From Octopus vulgaris (lineage: Eukaryota): a DNA stretch of 64,000 bases. The stretch spans positions 41,664,001 through 41,728,000 of the forward strand of contig OX597837.1 of the NCBI GenBank assembly GCA_951406725.2. The letters run 5' to 3'. The notes under the pieces were generated by a model. That model saw nothing but the letters and a program-made list of their open reading frames with translations, was not told the DNA's origin and made no database searches. Below, piece by piece: positions 55,450 to 64,000 of this stretch (its first letter is position 1; each line of letters begins with the position of its first letter). Made by a program: the position numbers and the translations under genes.

Positions 55450-55718
55450 GTTTGAACGGCAGTTTTTAATATAATTTCTGGGTAACTAAAAAATTTTAAA
55501 CTTCGTATACTGGTAGAATGTGTTTATAAAACATCTTTTTCTCTTGGCTTTATTGAGAAAATTCTATAGTTTGTAAGATATTTGTTTTTTTTTTCTTCAA
55601 ATTCTGCAATTTCAACCAATTACTGACGTCTATTGAGGTAAAAAAAAAAAACATTCTGTGCCGTATGAATATGTCCCTCGTTTAAGAAACAGATTGGGTT
55701 TATTTACATTTGTGAAGA
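55450..55718 (-). mobile_element. Merlin-like MITE, partial, inverted
   Basis: Reverse complement of the right two-thirds of the 54611 copy. Confidence 0.78.
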
Positions 55719-55762
<44 letters not shown>

Positions 55763-55947
55763 TACACACATACACTTGAGTAAAACATCTCCAAAATATT
55801 CTTTTTTTTTTTTGCAGCTTTATTAGTAAAGCATATTACTCTACCCCTGGTATTTGAGTACTATTTTTGCCCACCCGTCTTGTTTCACATTTATGTGCTT
55901 ACTCAGGTATATATATATATATATATATTGTAATTTCTTAATTCCAG

Positions 55948-56029
55948 AATCATTGGGCCTTCTCCAACATGGAAGCCGTTCTTCAAACAGTCCGAAGCTT
56001 TCTCTTACGTGCGGGCATTTCCACAAAAG
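55948..56029 (+). CDS. PRIMPOL: PRIMPOL exon (IIGPSPTWKPFFKQSEAFSYVRAFPQK)
   Basis: Canonical AG/GT, phase 2-0; resembles human PSIWRLFHRQAQAF. Confidence 0.88.
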
Positions 56030-56246
56030 GTGAGGACCTATTCTTGTGCTCATATGCAGGGTTGGTCAAAAGACACCCGGCAGTAAATCAAAATTCCATA
56101 AAATACTTAGGATTCAATTTTATTTATTTATTCCAATTATGAATGCTGTGAGTTAAAATCACTTTTTCTTTTTTTTTTCAACATTTTTTTGTTTATTAAT
56201 CAAGTCTCGTATAAGCTATTTTTTTGTAGTAAAGATTGTTTACCAT

Positions 56247-56461
56247 CATAACATGGCAGCCCTGGTTTAGGACGAATGTTGCTGTAATTTAGCCCCAGGA
56301 GACATCATCTCCAGCTGGTTTTATGAGATGATCTGTGTCCTTACATTTTCGAACAAGGAAATAGAAGGACACAGATTGTGTCATACAGCCAGCTGGAGAC
56401 GATGTCTCCTGGGGGCTAAATTACAGCAACATTCGTTCTAAACCAGGACTGCCATGTTATG
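56247..56461. mobile_element. Near-perfect hairpin element (~95-bp arms) in PRIMPOL intron
   Basis: cataacatggcag..gtgtcctt / aaggacac..ctgccatgttatg. Confidence 0.75.
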
Positions 56462-56538
56462 CTGGCAAACAATCTTCCTTACCACACAGCCACTCCTGTG
56501 CCTGTCTCTCAATAATGTTTATATTTGTCTTTTGTCAG

Positions 56539-56642
56539 GATCTTCATGTGTTTGCTTACGAAAGCAAATCCTTCGTGTCAGAAGTGCAAGGCCAACGCAT
56601 GTTCCTCGCCTCACCTTATCCTGTCTTTTGGCACTATTATAG
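56539..56642 (+). CDS. PRIMPOL: PRIMPOL exon (DLHVFAYESKSFVSEVQGQRMFLASPYPVFWHYY)
   Basis: AG/GTAAGT, phase 0-2; resembles human DVHVFALE..GQRIYLVTTYAEFWFYY. Confidence 0.92.
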
Positions 56643-57318
56643 GTAAGTACCCTTAGGAAAGGCATAAATATCACAGCACAGCATTACTGGCCCCTCCAGC
56701 TCCCCCTACAATGGAAAGTAAACAATGATTCTTATAGCAACATGAATATCTATCTCTCTCTCTCTCTCCTCCTCTCTACACACATAATCATCATCATCAT
56801 CGTTTTTAACATCCATTTTTCTATGCTTGCATGGGTTGGAATTTGTTGAGGCAGATTTTCTATAGCTGGATACCCTTCCTGCTGCTAACCTTTACTTTAC
56901 AAACCAGGTAATATTCCTCCATGGCCAGACTGGAAACAAATAACACTGCTTGTATGACAGTGATGCTCGTTTACAATGGCGTCTTGTGAAGGGTATATAT
57001 GTGTAAACATATATACACACACATATATACACATTCAAGTTTCATTCAGTTTGTCTACAAAATCCACTCACATAACAGAACTAAACCTAAATCTCTATGA
57101 TTGGGTTCAGTTTTGTTATGCAAAATATATATAACGGACATTAAATGATGATGAGGCATATATATATATATATATTTTCTATTTTCTCTCCCTGTTTCTG
57201 TGTTCCCTTCTGACGAAGACTTTCTCACTTCCTGAGCATTAAACTAATACATCAGTTTGTTGTTTACACACCTGTCTCCATCTTTTTTTTTTTTTTTATA
57301 AATTCTCCCTAAATATAT

Positions 57319-58420
57319 TGTTACGGAATCACCCGTCGTCGTCGCTCGCCCCAAACGGCCCACTCAAGTTCCGCCACGGAACCCAAAGAGGCGGAGAGAG
57401 GAGATACAGATAGATACTGCCACAACCTCAACAGCACAGAGATACAGAGGCACAACCCGAGATACAACCCAAAGAGGCAAGGCAACAACTGGCAACACTG
57501 GCTTATATTCAAACAACAGTTTATATGACAATTACAATTGTTACAACATCAAGATACATCAAAGCATGCACGTGACTACTCAATACATAATACAACAGCA
57601 TTTCAAGAGTACAACTCAAAGCATAATACAACATCATGTAACAATTCACGAGTACACGTCCCAAGACAACAGTTCTTTAAAGTCTCTTCCTAAACATCAC
57701 AATCAACAAGTCCTTTACTCTTCTTCTTCACAATGTCCTTTATCGACAGAGTCCTTGACTGTTCAATACACAAATCACATACCTCAATTCCTAATTGAAT
57801 CTGCCAGTGTCCCATTCCTCTCAATACTGCTAATTCCTCTGAATACTGCTAATTCCCTTCTGTGCCGCCAAGCTTTCTCGCATCCAACTTGCCCCCAAGA
57901 ATTCCAACGCTTGCCCCTTAAATCCAAGGTCCGTCTGTCTTCTTCGAGGACCGGCCAGCGACTCCAAGATCCGTCTGTGCTCCTCGACGACCGCTCAACG
58001 ACTGCCAAGACCTCACTTCGTCTCTGTCATTCTTCCACTCCCTCATCTCCCTCTGTACCGCTCACACCCTCTCTAACTGCCCTGGTCCCTATACTCTATC
58101 TATATCCTCAATCTGTCCCTTACTGCTTATCCTTTCTATTTGCCCTCTGCTCTTACTCTATCGCTATCGCCTACTGTCCCTTACCCTCTCCTGACAGCTC
58201 TACCATACTCTCTGCCTGTCCCTCTCTGCCCCCTCATCCTCTCTCACGACATATTCAAGGGGTGTCCAGAGCGACCCCTACTTCACCCGCACAAGGTCAC
58301 AGGTCATTCCAAAACCCATTAGTCCTCCATTAGACAAAAGACTGTCACATTTTCACCAGACATGATGGTGCCATTATTCCTATGTGGGTCAGAAACACTG
58401 CACTAGTTAAACCCGTAACA
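57319..58420. mobile_element. Solo LTR (Gypsy-like), 1102 bp
   Basis: TGTTACGG..CCGTAACA termini; 4-bp ATAT TSD; no internal gag/pol. Confidence 0.8.
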
Positions 58421-58649
58421 ATATATATATTTCAATTATGGGATTGTCTATTCATAAAGATGGAAGAGGCTGTATTTGGTCAGTTTCAATGTAAAAGAAA
58501 TGGAATATCATGGCTGGATGTGGTCAGTTTTAATTGCTTAATTTAAAGGATTAAATTGTTTATTGAAACAATGGAAGGGGTGGGGGTTGGAGTATTTTCT
58601 CTGACCATTGTCTGTATTCTTTATTCTTCCTTTCTTTCTTTATGTCCAG

Positions 58650-58696
58650 CCAACTGAAGGAAAGTAAGCGGCACCATTATGAGATCATTCCAGAAG
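58650..58696 (+). CDS. PRIMPOL: PRIMPOL exon (QLKESKRHHYEIIPE)
   Basis: AG/GTAAG, phase 2-1; resembles human HCYEVIPE. Confidence 0.92.
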
Positions 58697-59283
58697 GTAA
58701 GATTTTTTTCTTCCCTCTGTCAATCTCTCATACACGCACACATATACACACATGTATGTATGCATGCATGCATACATACATACATACATACATGAATGTG
58801 TGCACACAGCCCTTGTTTCAGTTTCCATCTGCCAAATCCACAGGAAAAGGCTTTCTTGACTCATGGCCATATGAGGTACTTGCCTCCTGTAGACTTCAGT
58901 CTACATGGTTTGGAAGCAAATTTCTGAACCACATGGCCACATGATGGTAAAACTTCTTAAGCCCTCCACCGCCCATGCCTGCACCCAATTGTAATGTTCT
59001 ACATCCTTTGGTTTAACCCTTTCGTGTTTGCATTATTCTACCAAAATTAATACTTTTTCATCCATATTGTTTTGAACTAATCATGCATTATCTTGTAGTT
59101 ATGAGATTTTGATGAGGTAGCTGTTAATTTTTAAAACGATATTGTAGGGTTGGTGTGAGAGACCAGATCTGGCCAGTTTGAACATAAAACAGGCAGAATA
59201 CATTTGGCCGGATATGGCCAGTTTAAATGCTAAAGGGTTAAAGACAATTTGGTTCTCACTTTGCTGCCACCGTTATTTTGCAG

Positions 59284-59375
59284 GTGCTGTCTGTAAGCTC
59301 TACTTTGATGTGGAATTCTACAGAGAGAACAACCCCACCTTGGATGGACACAGAGTGTGCGATCGTTTCATTGAG
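59284..59375 (+). CDS. PRIMPOL: PRIMPOL exon with AEP motif I DxE (AVCKLYFDVEFYRENNPTLDG..FIE)
   Basis: Resembles human AVCKLYFDLEF; phase 1-0. Confidence 0.95.
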
Positions 59376-59599
59376 GTTTGCATTTTGATTTTTATACTCT
59401 GCCATATATTACTATAGTCGCAGGTGTGACTTCATAACCACAAAGTTCCGGGTTCAATCCTGCTGCGTAGCACTGTGGGGAAAGTATCTTCTGTAGCCTC
59501 TGGCTGACCAAAGCCTGTGAGGAGATTTGGTAAAAGGAAACTGGAAAAAGTACACCCGCCCCATACTTGTGTGTGCGCTTGTGCTCATAAGCATATGCT

Positions 59600-60120
59600 T
59601 ACATCATCATCATCGTTTAAGGTCCGCTTTCCATGCTAGCATGGGTTGGACGGTTTGACTGAGGACTGGTGACCAGATGGCTGCACCAGGCTCCAGTCTT
59701 GATCTGGCAGAGTTTCTACAGCTGGATGCCTTTCCTAACCACAACCCCTCCGAAAGTGTAGTGGGTGCTTTTACGTGCTGCCAGCATAGGGGTCAGTCAG
59801 GCAGTACTAGCAATGACCCCGCACGAATTTTTTTTTTTTACACATGCCAACGGCACAGGTGCCAGTAAGGTGATGCTGGTAACAATCACGCTCGAATGGT
59901 GTCTTTTACGTGCCACCGGCACGGAGGCCAGTTAGCTGCTCTGGCAACAATCACGCTCGGATGGTGCTCTTAATACCTTACTAGCTCAGGGCTCGAGTGC
60001 CAGTAAGGCAATGCTGGTAACGATCACGCTCGAATGGTACCTTTTAAGTGCCACTGACACTGAAGCCGGTTAGCCACTCTGTCAATGATCACACTCGTAT
60101 GGTGCTCTTTGCACCCCGCT
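59600..60120 (-). mobile_element. (ATG)n-tailed non-autonomous retroelement with internal tandem duplications
   Basis: catcatcgtttaa..ttccatgctagcatgggttggacgg; related tails at 47220-47395, 47660-47735, 53115-53175 and 56790-56990. Confidence 0.65.
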
Positions 60121-61427
60121 AGTAATATATATGTGTGTGTGTATATAATATATGTATATTTTTATATGCCAGTATTCTTTCAGTTTCCATCTACCAAATC
60201 CTCTTACAAAGGCTTTGGTTGGCCCAAGGATCCATACGGTGGGACTGAACCTAAAATCCTGTGGTTAGGAACCAAGCTATTTACTACCCAGCCACACACC
60301 TGCACCTGCAGTCTACAATTCTCCACACACCCTTTCTATTTACTCGATTCCATCGGAGCTTAATTACTCTCCAAATAACGGGCACAGTCAGAAACTCTAT
60401 ACAGTCTCTGTTCCACACAACAAACCAATTTATTCCACTTTTGAACCGTTTATATTCCACAGATCTCTGTTACAGACCTTTATCAAATCTCTCCAATCCT
60501 TCTCTCTTTGATGTCTAAATTATAATTACCAGTTTACTCTTAGTAATTAGTCTTTAATTACTGTACACAGCAGCAGTGATTGGTGCCAGTTTGGTCAACC
60601 TAGATAATAATGTGTATCTTTTAATCAATCTAAATTAGTTAACCAGAGCAATATAAGGAATTTAGCGATGGGTTTATTAGCAAATAATGACTATAGGTAC
60701 TGGCATGATTGGGTAGTAAGAAGCTTGCTTGCCAACCATGTGGTTCCAGGTTCAGTCCTACTGCATGGCACCTTGGACAAGTGTCTTCTACAGCTTCAGG
60801 CCAACCAAAACCTTGTGAGTGGATTTGGTAGATGGAAACTGAAAGAAGCCCATCGTATATATACGTGTGTGTTTGTCTCTCGACCATCGCCTGACAACTG
60901 ATGCTGGTGTGTTTACGTTCACGTAACTTAGTGGTTTGGTAAAAGACTGATAAAATAAGTGCTAGGCTTACAACAAATACTTACAACAAATAAGTCCTGG
61001 GGTTGATTTCTTTGACTAAAACCCTTTAACCCTTTAGTGTTCAGATTATTCTATCAAACATAATGCTTATTGATTCCCATTGATTTGAATTAATCATGCA
61101 TTATCTCATATCTTCAAGATCTTGATGGTGCAATTACTTAATGTAGAATAGCATTGTAGGGTAGGTGTGAGAGCCTGGATCTGGTCAGTTTGAACATAAA
61201 ACAGATTAACTATTTTGGCCGGTTAATACTAAAGGGTTAAGATGATGCTCCATCAAGGTCGCAATCAAATGACTGAAACATGTAAAAGAATGTTTGTGAG
61301 CATATATGGACTAACAATGTTTGTGGCTGAAGAGAACTTTAAACCATCTTTTATATCAATAATACACTGATGTAACAACGGATTGTTTATAAAGCTTAGT
61401 GGTTCAGTAAAAGAGACCAATAGAATC

Positions 61428-61807
61428 CCTTTTACTTGTTTCAGTCATTTGACTGCGGCCATGCTGGAGCACCGCCTTTAATCGAGCAACTCGACCCCGG
61501 GACTTATTCTTTGTAAGCCCAGTACTTATTCTATCGGTCTCTTTTTGCCGAACCGCTAAGTGACGGGGACATAAACACACCAGCATCAGTTGTCAAGCAA
61601 TGCTAAGGGGACAAACACAGACACACACATACATATACATATATATATATACAACAGGCTTCTTTCAGTTTCTGTCTACCAAATCCACTCTAGGCTTTGG
61701 TCGGCCCGAGGCTATAGTAGAAGACACTTCCCCAAGGTGCCACGCAGTGGGACTGAACCCGGAACCATGTGGTTGGTAAACAAGCTGCTTACCACACAGC
61801 CACTCCT
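61428..61807 (-). mobile_element. SINE family A, full length
   Basis: Family consensus. Confidence 0.88.
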
Positions 61808-61981
61808 AAGGTTTTAAAAAATTTACTGGATTCCATTCATTCAAGTAAAAATTCCTCATGGCAGTGCCCCAGCATGGCCACAGTCTAATTAATTATTGAA
61901 ACAAGTGAAATATAGGACATATACATGCATGCATCCCAATTAATAATATAATTGCATTTTGTTTCTGCCTTTATTTTCCAG

Positions 61982-62055
61982 TATGTCTGTGCTTGGATAC
62001 GACACCTGTTCAAAGTTCCCTGTGATTGCAGGTGTGTGCTGCGGTTGGATGCCAG
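61982..62055 (+). CDS. PRIMPOL: PRIMPOL exon (YVCAWIRHLFKVPCDCRCVLRLDA)
   Basis: AG/GTATG, phase 0-2; resembles human YVC..DVLNLDS. Confidence 0.92.
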
Positions 62056-62377
62056 GTATGCTGTTAATACTTATTTCTTTATTGCCCACAGGGGGTTAAA
62101 CATAGAGGGGGCAAACAAGGACAAAGGGATTAAGTTGATTGCATTGGCCCCAGTATGCTACCTCCTGCGAATAGAATAGGAGCACCAAGATAACTTGAGC
62201 TGCACAAACCCAGAGCCAATTCCTTGCCTTCATTCCCAGCGAACCACCCTGTGCCCAACCTGCAGCAGAACCCTCCAGGCACACATCAACCTGACGCACT
62301 GTGACCCATTTTCTCCCATGCGATGTCCTTGGTCATCGTTGACAAGAATGGTTGAGCATTTATTGTAAATAGACATA

Positions 62378-62995
62378 AGGTGGTGTGCTGGCAGAATGGT
62401 TAGAACACCGGGCGAAATGCTTAATGGTACTTCGCCTGCCACTACGTTCTGAGTTCAAATTCCGCCGAGGTCGACTTTGCCTTTCATCCTTTCGGGGTTG
62501 ATTAAATAAGTACCAGTTACACACTGGGGTCGATATAATCGACTTAATCCGTTTGTCCTTTCTGTGTTTAGCCACTTGTGGGTAGTAAAGAAATAGGTAC
62601 TTCGTCTACTGTTACGTTCTGAGTTCAGATTCTGCCATGGTCAACTTTGTCTTTTGGAGTTGACAAATTAGGGTACCAGTCATGTACTGGGCCAGTGTGA
62701 TTGACTATCCTGCTCTACTTAAATTCCATCCTTGTGACTATAGTAGAGATTATTATTATTATTATTATTATTATAAAGGCAGTGAGCTGGTAGTATTGTT
62801 AGCATACTGGGCAAAATGCTTAGCGGCGTATCATTAAGTCTTTTGAGTTCAAATTCTGCTGAGGTTAGCTTTGCTTTTTATTCTTTCAGGGTCGATAAAG
62901 TGAGTTCCAGTTAAGCACTGGGGTCGATGTAATTGACTGGTTCCCTCTCCCCAAAATTTAGGCTTTATGCCTAAGGTAGAAAGGATTATTACTAT
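62378..62995 (+). mobile_element. Stacked SINE-B units separated by an (ATT)n tail
   Basis: Family consensus; a further unit at ~63730-63938. Confidence 0.8.
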
Positions 62996-63108
62996 TACAC
63001 ACACACACACACACAAATGTCTCTGGCTATGCTTATACATAATAGAATTTTTTTTTCCAGTAAGATGTTACGGGGTGTAAGTTTATGGAAATTTAACAGC
63101 TATTTCTT

Positions 63109-63503
63109 GCAGGAGTGGCTGTGTGGTAAGTAGCTTGCTAACCAACCACATGGTTCCGGGTTCAGTCCCACTGCGTGGCATCTTGGGCAAGTGTCTTCTG
63201 CTATAGCCCCGGGCCGACCAATGCCTTGTGAGTGGATTTGGTAGACGGAAACTGAAAGAAGCCTGTCGTAAATATGTATATACATATGTATGTGTGTGTT
63301 TGTGTGTCTGTGTTTGTCCCCCTAGCATTGCTTGACAACCTATGCTGGTGTGTTTATGTCCCCCGTCACTTAGCGGTTCGGCAAAAGATGCCCGATAGAA
63401 TAATTACTGGGCTTACAAAGAATAAGTCCTGGGGTCGATTTGCTTGACTAAAGGCGGTGCTCCAGCATGGCCGCAGTTAAATGACTGAAACAAGTAAGAG
63501 AGT
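63109..63503 (+). mobile_element. SINE family A, full length
   Basis: Family consensus. Confidence 0.88.
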
Positions 63504-63617
63504 ATATTGAGTGACCAACTAAACATTCCCTCACTGCTATTTCATGACGATTATAGTGACGGTGATGCCAATTTCAAACACTTTTCCAATTTTTTTCTTT
63601 TCTTTTTTGTTTTGCAG

Positions 63618-63691
63618 TACCAGTTCCAAATACAGTGAACATTTGATCTTTATCCTCAACCAAGCAGCGTTCAAAGACAATTCGCATGTCG
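63618..63691 (+). CDS. PRIMPOL: PRIMPOL exon with AEP motif II SxH (TSSKYSEHLIFILNQAAFKDNSHV); gene continues past window
   Basis: Resembles human KFSRHLIF..VAFKDNIHVG; AG/GTAAGT, phase 2-1. Confidence 0.95.
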
Positions 63692-64000
63692 GTAAGTCTG
63701 CTACATAATTATAGCATCTGATTTCTAGCAAAGCGTTGGCATTCTTGGACAAAATGCTTAGCAACATTTCTTCTGATCTTATGTTCTTGATTCAAATGCT
63801 ATCAAGGTCAAATTTTCCTTTCATTTTTTCGGGGTTGATGGAATAAGAACCAGTGGAGCACGTGGGGGGGGGGGGTGTGTAATTGACTTGCCCGGTCCCC
63901 CCAAACCATTCTAGCCTCATGCCAAAGTTTGAAACTGTTATTATTATTGAGTGAGAGAGAATCGCATGCCATCAAAGTGACACTGGGGTAAAATATATGA

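Noticed and set aside
57566-58333. 255-aa ORF
   Set aside because: Lies inside a solo LTR; low-complexity with no recognisable motifs
59860-60120. CRISPR-like repeat-spacer pattern
   Set aside because: Degenerate internal tandem duplication in a eukaryotic retroelement; no unique spacers or cas genes
10939-63503. tRNA genes at A/B-box-like heads
   Set aside because: They are SINE heads continuing into SINE bodies; no cloverleaf seen

Overview
Eukaryotic, repeat-dense animal DNA. The SINE families and microsatellite load point to an octopus genome (inference from recalled repeat families, not searched). The one clear host gene is PRIMPOL (AEP primase-polymerase): eight phase-compatible coding exons on + (51572-63691), continuing past the window. 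The left end holds two tandem Tx1/L1-clade LINE copies embedded in (AAT)n: copy 1 has an open APE endonuclease running off the edge, and copy 2 has an internally deleted ORF2. The rest is SINEs, RTE/CR1 fragments, Penelope-like remnants with hammerhead ribozymes inside (TA)n, Merlin-, mariner- and piggyBac-like MITEs, a solo LTR and long microsatellites. Best leads: (i) an apparent Tx1 LINE-SINE partnership sharing a 3' stem-loop, within an (AAT)n-associated retroelement community; (ii) about eight Penelope-type hammerheads, three with intact cores; (iii) inverted MITE pairs around PRIMPOL exons; (iv) a 45-bp repeat that looks like a decayed coding repeat. All calls were made by eye; repeat boundaries are approximate.
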